A stretch of DNA of 64,000 nt from Chlorokybus atmophyticus (GCA_009103225.1 RHPI01001507.1:574765-638764), one strand, 5' to 3'. Positions 1-13,429 are shown, numbered from the stretch's first letter. Program-made: numbers and translations. The notes: a model not told the origin generated them from the sequence alone.

Positions 1-2534
1 CGCTGTCGCCAGGCGACACGCTCTTCCCACGGCGGAGACTTGCAATGAACTTGGCGCTTCCACAGCCTTCTAAACATCTCTCAAAGTCATGGGACGAGCC
101 ATGCGCAAGGTAGTGTATGGCCAAGCGCTGCACATGCGCAGTTGAAGCGGCTTCGTGCTGTCGTGCCAACAAATATGTACACCGTGGATGCTACAGGCTG
201 CAGCAAGCGCATGGGTAAAGCTCTCGCGAAGAGGGGTGGTGGAGGCAACACCCGGCTATGGACGCCTGCACACGGTACCACAAATGACGAAAAAAGAGGT
301 GGCATTGGGCGTGATGGATGGATTATTACTACGTGTGAGCCGCTCACGCCTGCGGCAGAGCATTGCTAAGCAGCAAGCGCAACATGTATTGTTGGGTATC
401 ATACCCAACAACGCATCATAATGCTAGCACAGGATATTTTATTGTGTATCGTCATGAAACAAGGATTACGTCGTCCATCATATTATATAATATTTGTCGC
501 CTATCGTCGCATGGTTAACGTTGTAACCACTTATAGCGATGGCGGCAGCGATGGTAGGCCGTGCAACATAGCACATTGCGCTTTCCAACAAAAATGTATG
601 ATGATGCATCGTGCTCTATGCATGCACATGGTATGCCCATAAATGTTGCAGAGCACACTTGCGCCTGTTACAGCTTGTGCCAATAACAGCATATACATTA
701 TGCTTGTAACCGCAGTGTGTGCTTGTTAGTAGCATGCAGTATGCTTGTACCAGTAGCTGCTTAATGCTAATAGTAGCATACAACTGTGCAGAATATAAGG
801 GATGCTTATATCGGCGCGACGACTACCACGGTTGTGTTGGGCTCCAACAGACTCCGTACCCCCTACCCCCTTACTCGCGGGGGGTAGGGGGTAGGGGGGG
901 GACANTATTTATATCATTGTTTTATATGTTATTGTATGATGAGGTAAATAACTATGCGCGGCGCCGGCGTTAATGATGCAACGTAGCGTTACGCCGCGTC
1001 GTATTCCGCGCCTACCGCTACTTGGTTAGCCTTTTAACCGCATGCGGTGGTGGCAGTAGCGAAGGCGGCAGCGGTCGGTCCCGATTGCGTACCGCATTCA
1101 ATGTGTGCCTTGTAGTGTGATCCCTACATCATGCGCATTGCGGCACATTGGTATCAATACCAATACCGGTATCGTGTGGTGCAGGCCCCATAAAATAGCT
1201 CAGTAATATAGACCCGCGCACAGCTGCAATTTTACTATTAGCGGCGGCGCCCACAACCACGCGCTCGCACGCACGCTCGCCATTGACATGCGGCGTGCTC
1301 ATTCATCAGTCGTAGCTCCGCATTGGTAAAGCATCCAATAGCAATGTTTGTTGAACTGCTACACCCTTTTAAAAAAGCATGCATTGCGGAGGCAGTACCT
1401 CCGTGCGCGTCATCGCCGAGAATGGCGGGATAATGTAGCGCGCCGCTGGCAGCAAACACTTATATATGGGCCATCGCAGATTTTGCTGGCATGAGAACTA
1501 CTGTGTTTGCACCACATCAATGGCCGACATACTGTGCATCCAATCATAATGTAAAAAGGCGTTGTAGCTGCAACAATGCGGCCCATCCACCAACATTGAA
1601 TTCACAAGTTTGCCAATGTTGCGTGCATTATTGTGCTCGTCCCACACTAATGAGGGACATACTTTGGCACAAGGTGTGGGACTTTGGAGCACAACCGTTG
1701 TATTCAATGCAAGAAGTTTCACAGTCCAACACCGAGTGTGGGACTTCGGAGTACAGCAGCGCCGTGGCGGGATTGCGCAACACCACCCGGCGGCCGGCTG
1801 CCGCCGTCCGTGCAGTGATCCTGACGGTTTGTGTAATGGAACTCGGCTACAATCATATGTTTGGAATGACCTGGGTATGTGCAGCAGTTGTCCTAGAGCT
1901 CCCTGCACGCGTTGGTTTAATGGATTCGGCAAAGTCTATAAACAGCCTGACAACCAACACTGAGCACACGGATCCAGAAAAGCCATTGAAACGGCTGTGA
2001 CGGAGCGATGATGGGTTGGATGTGCTAGCCGCACCATCACGCATTGCGTGAGCAGCCGTATGGCAACGGATGTGTCTCGCCACTTGTAGTGCCGATAGAA
2101 AGCTGACATGCAATTGGTGCGGCCGCACAATGGGCATGCACTAAGGCATCACTCTCAGTTCAATACCACTGAAGCGACCGTCCGTCACGGTATGGTACTC
2201 CCAACGTCACAACGCCATCGCTGCAACGGCGCACGTCAAGCACTAAGGTCACCAAACAAAATGCCGCTTCGCTCATGTTACGCCACAGACTAGTGCATAG
2301 CCACCCACAAGCTTAATGTCACGGCTGCCATGGCCGTTGTTAGAGCCGGTGCTTGCTCAGACATTACATCAGGCCAACCCTTCAACGACGTGTCAAAAAT
2401 TGAATGCCACTGCGTGCGATTGCTAAGATGGCGGCAGCACATGCTCAATGACAAGCGCGTGCAACCAACGCATACAAGAACTCCGCCAGTGGAATATAAC
2501 GAGGCGGTAGGTTGCGTCGTAAATCTACAGCGGT

Positions 2535-3500
2535 TGTCACGCCTATAAGGCTGGCTAAAGTCATTCTCTGTTCCTTACTTATGTAAGTAAGATGACCGGG
2601 TGCGTTTTCCATCTCATAAGCATGTGTAGTGCTTGTGGGGTGGCTCTCACGTGGTCTGCTCTTGAGCCTATGAGGCCTTGAGTGAGATAAACTACACAAG
2701 GTATTGCATATCAGCAAGCACACAGCTGGTCGGTACCATTGAGACATGGCCATGTGAGCCATGTGTCCGCATGTGTGTGCATATGTTTGCAAGTGCATAT
2801 GTCTGCATATAAGTGCATATGTGAGAATACGACGTACGTACTAGATGTATGCAGGCATGCGCATACGTATGCATAGGGATGCATGTGTATGCTTGTGTGC
2901 GATGTCCTACGCTGATATGACCAGCCAAGGACGTTCACATTGCCCAAGGGTGATGTTTGTGATGGCCAAGGCTGATGTGACTAGCCAAGGACTTTCACAA
3001 TGTCCGAGGCTTATGTGTAATCAGTCTTGGACATCAAATAAAAGGTCCAAGGCTGATGTGGCAGCCTAGACATGAGTTGTGGTCAACGCAGCCATGTCAA
3101 GGCAAGTAGCCTTGGACTTGGATGTTCTAGGTTGGAGAGCAGCAAAGAGGGGGTATATGAACGGCCTCAACAAGTGTTGAGGGGGCTCAGCATGTGCATA
3201 CTCGACTCTTGTGTGTGGGGTGCCTAGTTTAGTTGTTCAAGGGGCTCTCCCTCTCATCCCATGTGGGGTATGATGCTTGTGGCAGCTCTGCACATATGTG
3301 TGGGGTGTGCTTGAGTGTGCATGTGTGTGCAAGCTGAGTAGAGAGGTTGGTGGCATCCTCTCCTTCCTTGGTGCGGTGCTGTGACTTCCTCCTTTAAGTA
3401 CTGCACCGTGTGTTGCTGGTCGGGCTTCCGGAAGTAAGTCCTTGTGCTTGTGCATAAGTTTGCCAAGCCGTACAATAAGTAAGTGCGTGGTATCGTTACA
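2535..3500. mobile_element. Solo LTR (966 bp) with 5-bp target-site duplication
   Basis: Starts TGTCAC (2535) and ends GTTACA (3500), i.e. TG...CA with short inverted ends. GCGGT flanks both sides (2530-2534, 3501-3505). Degenerate internal tandem repeats lie at ~2690-3060. No internal coding domain. Confidence 0.75.
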
Positions 3501-3726
3501 GCGGTGCAACATAATGCTGAAGATAATAACTTACTCCCTCATCTAATAATTTCCCTCCGAGAGCCCCTTCCCATTCCAACACCTTCCCTGCAATCAGGCG
3601 TGTATGAGGGTTGTAATGGAAATTATTTGCGCCAATGCAGCATGCCATAGCACAGTGTGCCATAATTAGCACGACAATTACACTACAAATGTGCGTACAT
3701 ATCGTGCGCTTGCCACAATATCTGCT

Positions 3727-3813
3727 TGTTGTAAACTCATTACGCGGCGTGACCATCTTGGCCACCTTAGCGCTAGGCTGACCGAGATGGTCACGCCGCG
3801 TGATTTACAACAA
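3727..3813. other. Long near-perfect inverted repeat (fold-back)
   Basis: Arm CGCGGCGTGACCATCTTGGCCA (from 3743) matches the reverse complement of TGACCGAGATGGTCACGCCGCG (to 3800) at 20/22 positions. Outer arms TTGTTGTAAA / TTTACAACAA extend it. Confidence 0.8.
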
Positions 3814-4831
3814 AAGGTTGAGTCTCTGAGGCCCAATTTATACCTTCCCCCGGCGCGATGATTGCAACTGTCACAGCACGTGCAATATCGCCGGCAATGG
3901 CGCTGCGCATGTTGCTTAGCTCAGCGGCGGTAGCGGCGGCGAGCTGAGCAATATCGTAACCCACCCACCCATACCCTTAAACTGCATTACGATACGTTTA
4001 ATTTGAGCATGATCACACACGCATTGTGCTTGCTTGCGCGACAGATCTTGATCGCGCTTATGCTGCCGCATGTACCTCTATCGGATAATGAGCAAAGTTT
4101 GCTCAGCAAATTTGCTTAGCAAACTTGCTTGCTTGCACATTACGATCTCACCGTCTTTCACCAACTGGGTTGTAGCTGGGGTATACTCTTTGCGTATGTT
4201 ACCGAAGAGGAATGAAAGAGGAATGCATTCAAGCAAAGCAATCTATTGAGCCCAATATCCCCAGCCAACTGTTGACCCCTCATTGGCTGTTACTAGCCAA
4301 TGAAGCTATAGTTTGTAACAAGGGTGAACAAAATGACAACTGTGTGTGTAGTGGTGATCTGATGATATAATGGCTACTCTCATGCCCGCAAGTCGACCGG
4401 ACACCTCATGTGCGTCCGCGGCGATTGTGATTGTCGCAACGTTGCCGTGTTACATTAAATGTAAATGCGTGACAATCTGTCGGACCCCTTTCTCAGCGCC
4501 ACTTTATGATAATGTGTGGCGCTTAACATAGATTGCACAATGTAACGTAAGTTACGGTGTCGTCAAGGTTTTGGACGGAATTTCTGTTGACATACATACC
4601 GCGGTGCTTGAAATTGTTCGTGACCATAGCGCGTCGGTGAAAATCAATAAGTTCTTTCTCGTAAAATCCCGCGCAAGTATGCATTATATTGCGCATGCAA
4701 TGCAATACATAGTTGCTGCCGCTGAGATGGGGGGTTAAGGGTGTGTAAAGGGCCCTTTCACAATTATTATTTGACGAACAATTTGTGGGCACTACGGTAT
4801 ATGCAGTTGTATATTTTGAAGTCACACCCGT

Positions 4832-5338
4832 TGTAACAATTGGGGCCCGACCACTAGGCTATGGTAGTAAAAGACATTACCATGAGTGAGGTCTGTCACA
4901 ATTTATCCCAATTCGTGAAATTCCTCCCCAATTCAACCTATGAGTTCCTTATAATCCAATGAGGCACTAGCTCACGTCGCCGTGTTCGCGGCCGTACCAC
5001 GATTGGTCTACCCGCGGCATGTTAGATCCGGCCCACGAACGGTCCTGACCGACCGAACGGCCATCCTCACCGCGCAACCTGCCATCGCAGCGCGACCGCT
5101 CACGCGGCCTTTGGTAAACTGGCTCGGTGCGCAGGTTGTGATCCCGCGCCCAGCCTAGGGCAAGCCGCCCCAATTGTTTTTGTTTTTGCCTTGGATGTGC
5201 CTCCGTCCCCTACGGGAATTGAACAAGAGACGTCAAGCTCCGTTACCAATGTAACAATTGGGGCCCGACCACTAGGCTATAGTAGTGAAAGACACTACCA
5301 TGAGTGAGGTCTGTCACAACTTATCCCAATTCGCGCCA
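4832..5338 (-). mobile_element. TRIM (terminal-repeat retrotransposon in miniature), non-autonomous
   Basis: 89-bp terminal direct repeats at 4832-4920 and 5250-5338 (~7 mismatches). TSD CCCGT at 4827-4831 and 5339-5343. Minus-strand PBS TGGTAACGGAGC (5248-5237) follows the 5' repeat; PPT GGGGAGGAA (4929-4921) abuts the 3' repeat. Confidence 0.85.
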
Positions 5339-5647
5339 CCCGTAGCAGCCCAATCGAAGCCCCAATTATAATAATAAGGCCCTCGACATTTGTTTATTTG
5401 GCGGCTATTCTCCGAGCATATTTCTCTCGTAAGGCGGGGTTGCGTTTTTTACGCACCCTCAAATCCCCCCCATTTGCTCAAGGGGCTTGTATATTGAGTC
5501 GAGTGGGTTGTGACACAGGCACTGCTATCCACTTTTTGGACATTCTCGTCTTGCAGTCTGTTCATCACGGAGTTTACAAGCGACTCTACGACAAGCTGCG
5601 AGAACCAGACTTTCAAGGGGTCCCAGTGTTGCGGTCACCTATATCAG

Positions 5648-5852
5648 TCGATACAATACATATGCAATTTTACAAAGGTAGGACATCAGGTGCATACAAT
5701 TATATCAAAGTAATATTATTAGTATAATTGGATGCTTTATATCAGGTGTTTTATATCATTCGATACAATACAGATGCAATTTTACAAAGGTAGGACATCA
5801 GGTGCATACAAATATTATATCTAATTAATAATATTAGTATAATTGGATGCTT
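5648..5852. repeat. Tandem duplication, ~112-bp unit, 2 copies
   Basis: TCGATACAATACA(T/G)ATGCAATTTTACAAAGGTAGGACATCAGGTGCATACAA...ATTAGTATAATTGGATGCTT occurs at 5648 and 5760. Confidence 0.85.
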
Positions 5853-8013
5853 AGCAGTTTAATCATTGACTTGATTGAGTCATGTTCCGTACATTATGCA
5901 TGAATATAAGCATTATGGTATTTGCCATGATAAGAGGCAAAGTTTTAAGTTCTGCGTTAATACTATAGCATGTAACTTATTAAATTTTGCCTCACATCTC
6001 ATAATCAAGATATATGAGCAGATGTTATTGATAAAGCCATTGTTTTCTCTTTAACATATGACAGGAGCTGTCGGGGTGTATGTGATATTGCTACCCCTGG
6101 TAGGCCATTACGCTGCCTCACATATTAATCACCAGCCATGAAAGAATGACTCTTCTATTCCATTGGCACAGATCTGATGTGGAGCCAATGTGCAACTGTT
6201 GCAGGTTTCATGATATAAGACTATGCGCGTCACGTGCTTCAGTGAAAGTCATCGAGTCCCACTACATGGTGCGCTGCATTGTTTAACAATGTTATATTTA
6301 GCAAATGGTGATGACGCTACAGCATCTATAGCTTGAGGCAACAATATATTCGCTAATGGCTGCAGCTATGCGCATCACGAGCGATTATCACGATCATGCT
6401 GTGACACGAGCTCTGATGTAGCTTAGATAAATGGTGCCATTGCAGCAATCCACCAGCTCGAAATTCATGCTTAGAATAAAAGCAGGGCAAATGATTGTGT
6501 CATAACATTGCAACCGCTTTCATTTTAAGTCCAAGAAACATGACGCTTTTTTTTATTTAACCTTTCGTGTCCAAGTGTTCACGACCAACGAGAGGTTGCA
6601 CCGTCGTTCCAACCGCATTAGTGGATTGGATCCACTGGTAGATCTACTAGTGACACTCCACTGCTGGATTTATTAGTGGACCCACTCTAGTAATCTGAAT
6701 GTGTCCGGAGATGCAAGCATCAAGTTTTAAAGCGTGCGCAGCTTCGGGCCTAGATTGTTGAAATTAGCAACAACTAATTGCCATACAAAAACCAAAATTG
6801 GTGCATTAAAGATTGACAGCTCCTTGCATTGCGCAATACAGCCGCACTACTGTGTGCCATGACTTATCGTTGTTGTTGCGACATCTCAGTTGCGCCGACT
6901 ACGGCACCTTCAGCTTGCCGACAAGCAGGAGGTTGCCGTCACCTTTTTGTTCAAGATAAAAGCCGCTACAAGAGTTGCACCGTGCGCTGCTTTAGGGCTA
7001 GAGAGTTGAACAGAACAACACCTTATTGCCATGTACGATATACACGTGCATTAACAATTGACAGATGCTCGCGGTGCCTAATGCAGTCGCACGATGCGCT
7101 TTATTAATTACCGCCATCGCTGTCATATTCACCTTAGCTTAAAGTTACCTTGAGCTTTGCAAGGCTGACGACCGAGCTCTTTTTGCACATGCACCCTTTT
7201 TACCATGTAACAGGTACGTTATGCCGTACAAAACGCCTCACCCGCCTTTCATACTGGTCAACACATGTAATCATGCTTCAATAATAAGGATCTCGTATGT
7301 GTTATTATTGTCACACTCTCAGAGGATTAGGCCAATCCGCATTGATGCGCTGTTAGCTCGCTGAGCCAAGCAATTAATTATTAACTCCCTTTTGTACCGT
7401 TGCGCTCGGCTCCACACCATTCAACTTGTTTAATTTTCCATATGCCTCTTATGAGATCACATGCGTAGGGACTCAATTTGAGACGGTCTCTAACGCTCCA
7501 TTAGCACCAGCTCTAGCCACCCATACGCATTTGGCTTGCTAGACCAAGCACATACTTATAAACTTGATGGCGGCCGCAATTGCAGTGGCGTTAGCGGCCG
7601 TGGCGGGGCAGGAAGGCTTATAGCTGCTAAACACTTGAGTGCGCAAAGAACCTCACAATGGCAGCATGGCAACAACCAATTGTACCTTCTCTGAAATGAT
7701 GTTTGCGGATTGATGTTGGTGGCTAAACAATCCAACGCATGCATTTGCTCCGCTAAGACTGGGCCCTCTACAATCATCACGCGGTTTTTGTATTTCTCCA
7801 TCGCGCTGGGGATGAAGCTGCGGAAGCCTTAGCTACTAACTTTTATGTTCATTGTATGGCATGTCAGCGATTTGGGAAGCCAACTTGGTTAAAGTGGATA
7901 TACCAAGCTGATATAACTCGTGCACAACGCGCGTGAATGCTGTCATTCTACCTCTTTTATAGGCTTTATATTCTGTCTTATACATGTCATTGCTACGCGA
8001 CCAGTGTGCAAGT

Positions 8014-8015
<2 letters not shown>

Positions 8016-8061
<46 letters not shown>

Positions 8062-8978
8062 GTGTATATATATACATATATACATATATACATATATATG
8101 TATATGTGTATGTACATGTACATAAATGTATATATATATACTTATATATCAACATATAATAAACATACACGTAAAACAATATGCATATATACATATATGT
8201 ATATGTATATATATACATATATACGTATATATATGTGTGTATATATGTATATATATACACATATATGTACATATATACATATACATATGTGTACATATAT
8301 ATATGTATATATATGTATATACATATATATACATATGTGCATATATATGTATATATATAAATATAAATATAGGGATAGGCATAGATATATGCATATATAC
8401 CTCTATATATGATAGTATCTATATATATGTATATATGTGTATACATATATATGCATATATGTGTATACATATATATATACACATATTCAAACTTATATAG
8501 AGAGATAAATGTATAGACTATCATTACATATATATATTTATATAAATTCATATATGTTTATGCAAACATATACTACTCTTAATATGTATAATATATTTAT
8601 ATATTTTTTTATATAATATGTATATATATGTATATATATATATGTATACATATATATGTAGATAGATATCCATGTATATCCATACATATGCATATATACA
8701 CACATACACATATACATATATATACATACATATGTATACATAGTTATGTACTTATATAAAGTCATGTATATTTCTGCAATAGTATATAAATTATAATATA
8801 TATGAGACATATAAATATATGCATTTATATAACATGTAAATGTATATGTGTATACATATATACATATATGTATACATATACATATATGTATAGATACATA
8901 TGTATGTATATATATGTATATGTATATGTATATGTATATACATATACATATACATGTATATATATGTATATGTATGCA

Positions 8979-9043
<65 letters not shown>

Positions 9044-9118
9044 ACATATACATATATACATACATATACATATATATACATGTATATGTATATATATACT
9101 TATATTTATATATATGCA
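8016..9118. repeat. ~1.1-kb compound TA/CA/TG microsatellite (alternating purine-pyrimidine)
   Basis: A (CA)n run at 8016-8058 is followed by mixed TATA/TACA/TATG units and a clean (TATATG)n run near 8970-9045. Confidence 0.95.
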
Positions 9119-9964
9119 CATCTGTTCCAAAAAGACGCCTCAATCACTTACATAAGCCTTTGAGTTTTTGTTGCTGTTATCAACATGCATTGCGCACCTT
9201 CAAGTCATCAAGGTGTTTTCGCAATGCGGCCAGCACTATAATTAGTAGCTATCAGCGGCCAACGTGGCCTTCATTTAAGTTTTCAGCCGTGAAATGTCGA
9301 TATAAGACCATGGCAGCCAGAACAAAAAGCCACTTCAACAGCCACTTAACCTATGCGCTAGCCACAGGTTGGCCGGTCATTATTCGAAAAAATTCGGCAT
9401 GAAAGTAGCCACTGCCCTCCCTGTCGCTATTGGATACCCGCGCGGCGGAGCGTCTAGCGGCTTAAACGTGCCACATGTCAGGACTCTGCCTGCCCAAATA
9501 CCGGCCAAACAGAACCGGCAGCGGCGCTGCCGGTGAAATTTGGATCGATATCTGGGCCGGCGGCGCGCTGTACGGGGCGGAGGTTGTCATGAAGCATATA
9601 TATGTCACACATTCTAGCATGCTGGTGGCTTGCTATAACCCTGCTACCCAACACAATTAGCCACTATCTGGCGTGATTGCAATTGCTTCATTACAAAGTC
9701 ACATTGGCTCGTAGCTGAAGTCCGTAGCTGCAGCCCTGAATGCGGCGCTCTCAGCCTACTTATAATCCGGTTTGCATCATTTATCAACGCCTCCAAGGCT
9801 TGCCGATGGGAGTCATAAGCTATTCTCATGCGCCAGCCGCGGCGTGCGTGTCGATGGCGCAACGCATCGGTTATAAAGGCTCTTTGGGTCATATTTCATG
9901 AGTCGGAGCTTGGTTACGATCAGCACATTGAGGTTAATTCTGAATTACGTTGAGAGGTCTCACA

Positions 9965-10270
9965 TGTGACGAAAAATTGATGGTTGTGACCAATATGGGA
10001 GTTGCATGGTAGTTATGGCAGCCAAAGCGGTTGAAACGGTTGTAGAGACATGGTAGGGAGGGTTTGTAAGTGTTCTTTACTTGTGTTGAGGCTATTTAAG
10101 CGCAAGTCCCTTCTCTTACAAGTATACAGCTATCAGAAGAAGCTTTAAGACTTGGTTGGTCGTTGCCTTGGCTGTATGCTTGCCGTGAATGCGCACGTGC
10201 TTGAATATGCCTCTGGTTGTTTATGAGCGTGTGCTACACCTTGTGAACGGACTTAGCCTCTCCCCGTGCA
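9965..10270. mobile_element. Possible short solo LTR
   Basis: TGTGAC...GCA flanked by TCACA on both sides (9960-9964, 10271-10275), with TATA-like CTATTTAAG near 10092. The right boundary is ambiguous. Confidence 0.3.
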
Positions 10271-11426
10271 TCACATGCTAATTGCAAGTGCAAGTGTAGC
10301 AGCCTGTGCTTGAGTTTAGGTTGGCTAAGATGCGCGTTTGTTACTTGCGCTCAACTCATTGGCATAAAGGTGTGCAGTGTTTGTGGTTGTAAAGGACGTG
10401 GAATGCCATGGAAACTCGGAGCTAGTCTATCGGAGCTTAAAGTCCCTATTAAGAGAGAAGAGTTGCCCGAGAAGGAGGTGCCTGCTTCCCTGAGCGAAGG
10501 AGACTTTGAGAACAAGCCAGGCGAAGGCAGGGACGTTGAAGAGGTTGAAGGAGGAGGAGCCAGATCTGATGGACACCTTACCAAAGATGGAGATAGAGGG
10601 AGCGCGCATCACATGACGCGCACATGTTATAAGTGTCGTAGCATGTGTATAGGTATGTACATTTATGGGGCAGCTTTGGGAGGATCCTAAGCTAGCATAC
10701 ATCATGTTAATGCATGGAAGAAGCTATAATATGTGAAGGAGGTGCAGCATTGTTAGGCCATGATGAGCTTGTGAACGACATCCTCAAGCAACGACAGGGC
10801 ACGGCACGACATCATCCTTCCACTACTAATTATGTAGTATATAAACTAAATGCTGCAAAATCACGTGCAGGCAGCTCAAAGTCAGCAATTATCATGTAAC
10901 AAACAATGTCTTAAATGTCACCCATAACATCGAAGTTTTGCGATTGACAATCATACTTGGCATTTGCTCATAACAGTCATAAACAGTGTTGAAAGTCAGG
11001 CGTTTGCAACTACTAGTCATGCGCTTGGCTGCCTTGTTGTTTTGGTTGGTATTGCTTAGATTTGATTATTTCGACTTTGTTTTGCATCATGCACCACACA
11101 CAGGCAACAGGGTTGTACTCATACTTGAAGTGCTGGCGACTAAGCTGATTGAATCAACGCTTGTTATGTACATGTGCACGCAATGTGCTTGCATTCGTAC
11201 TCCACGTTTTGTGAATCAGCAGTGCCGATTCAGCACCCAATGTTTTACTTAAAGACCAATGCATCATTTGCTAAACATGAACGCTATGGCTCAAGGTTAC
11301 TATCACTTGAACTAAACAACACAACACAAGAATATACAAGAATATATGTAGCCGCTATCAAGCTGCTACACACACTTAACTAGCCAACTTATCACATTTA
11401 GACATTCATGCGCTGCACCGGCTTAC

Positions 11427-11543
11427 GTGCGCGTGGTCCCGCCTTCTTCATCGCCTTGGCCTTGCTGCAGAATCCCTCTTCGCACTCCGAGCAACCCTCA
11501 CCGTCACAAACTTTGTGACGGACGAAGGGCATGTCGACGAGAA
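11427..11543 (-). pseudogene. Exon-like segment of an unidentified (probably decayed or TE-borne) gene with a Cys cluster
   Basis: Canonical tgcag acceptor and gtaagc donor enclose 117 nt in phase 1/1, reading LVDMPFVRHKVCDGEGCSECEEGFCSKAKAMKKAGPRA. Other exon-like pieces lie nearby on the same strand (~11620-11730, ~12480-12595). Confidence 0.35.
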
Positions 11544-13429
11544 CTGCAGCGCATGCGCACACAAACCGCTAGTACACATAACCTGGTGCATAGTCATGCG
11601 CATTCGTGTTTAACCTACCAATGTACGTGTCCGGCCATGCAATACCGGATCCCAGTTGGTCTGAAGGTAGCTTGGCGTTGCTCTGCATCGTTTGGTCAAA
11701 CCACATCGCAACAATACATGTGCCTAGATGCACAACTCATCAATATGTATCAATCTTGAGAGCCACAACAATCCCGTCATATTATTCATAAAGCCAACAG
11801 AACACCATGCCGGTAGGTTACCTGCTTCATGCACAGAATTATAAACTTTATCATTCCCTTTCAACAGATTTGTAGCATGGCCGCGCTATAGCCATTAGCT
11901 TTGCGCCACGGCTTAAGCACTTGATCACAGGTTCATCTGTGTGTTAAGAGAATGGTCGGCGTCCTTATTGAAAATCCGATGAGCCTGCTAGGCAAGCGGC
12001 TTAAGCTGCAACAATTGACAGTGTGTGCGCGCATGCGCGTGCCCACAATGCGTGTGTGCGTGCTTGTGTCACAGGTTGTGTGCTTATGTATGCGCCTATG
12101 TGCGACATGGCATGCGTACATGCGCGTGCGTGTAAGTGTGCACGTGCGCATGCGCTTATGAGTGCGTGTGCATAGGCGTATGGGAGTGCATGCATGGGTA
12201 AGGCAGTCAATTCTAGGCGGTGGCGGTACCAAACAATCTGTAACCTACATTGAGAAGGGATTCATCATTAAAGCTGCTCGTTTCTTGGCTGCTTGCATTG
12301 GGTTGACGCTTTTATGCGCTTGCCGCGGCACCGTTTTTTTGTAGTGGAAACCTGCTTGAAGACACCAAACAGCATCCATATAACAAGATGTGATGGCAAA
12401 TACCATACAACCTCTGCATGACAACTGCATGTGCAGACATGTGCAGGACACGTGCAACTACACGCGCATGCTTGCATATTACCTCTGCAGTGCTGGTCTT
12501 GGCAACTGCACCACGCTTGTCATGCTTGTGTGGACGCTCAAGCTGCTGAATAGGCGCTTGTTGCGAGACGGCCGTTTGTGGAGCTGAGATCATAACTGTC
12601 TCGGGTGCACCCTCAACATCGGTTTCTTTGCTTGGCTATTGACTTTCCCCTGAGCATACACACATTGAACAAGTAACTATGCAACAAGGATTGCAATTGT
12701 ATTGAACTTGCGCTTGGTGTGCGAATTCCCGTTAAACATTAAGCGTTGCAGAGGTTAAACTCTTCCTCCTCACATTCCAGCAACTCAATACGCAAAGTTT
12801 CCGCACACAGTCACATGCACATTGTAAATAGCTTTAAACTTGCTATTCAAGCTCATATGCATACTGCAGCTGTCTACCACCTCATAATTGCCGCCACAAC
12901 AACTTGCTTGTGGTGGAGAAGGCGTAGGCTTTCATCTAAGATTTTATTGAGCATGCTTGTAAAGCTTTAATACGTGCCTGCAATAGCAGAGATTTCAGAT
13001 ATTATGTAAGTCTCAAAGTAATATGCAAGTTGCATACTACTGCAGCACAATTACTACACGCTTATCTATCTGACTTAGCCGCTTGCTTATAAGCGTGCTT
13101 GCCGCACGTATGGCTTGCGTCGCGTGCTTGCAAGAGAGCCATGAGAGCCCCTACAAGCTCACGCTTCCGCAATACACACACGGTTAGAACAGCATTTTGC
13201 ACGCATCATACACTCGCACTCACCATCTCTCTGCAGCTCTCAAAGTGTCTTCATTGTGCTCAGCATTTATTGCCGATAGTGCCGCTGAAAACAAGCATTA
13301 ATGAGAAAGAGCATGTTGCGAGTAAGTATTAGCAAGCAACACCACAATATACAATGAATATTGTCCTTGACGTGAACATCAACATTGCAGGGATTGGAGT
13401 CGTCGACATTATCATCATTTATGAAGCTT

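Noticed and set aside
1238-1459. ORF with YPAIL...ASAM, faintly like a hAT dimerisation domain
   Set aside because: The key SERxFS motif is absent and no other transposase segment or TIR/8-bp TSD was found.
7836-9402. Many long ORFs (up to 202 aa) rich in Y/I/M/H/T/C/V
   Set aside because: They are translations of the TA/CA/TG microsatellite, which lacks stop codons in several frames.
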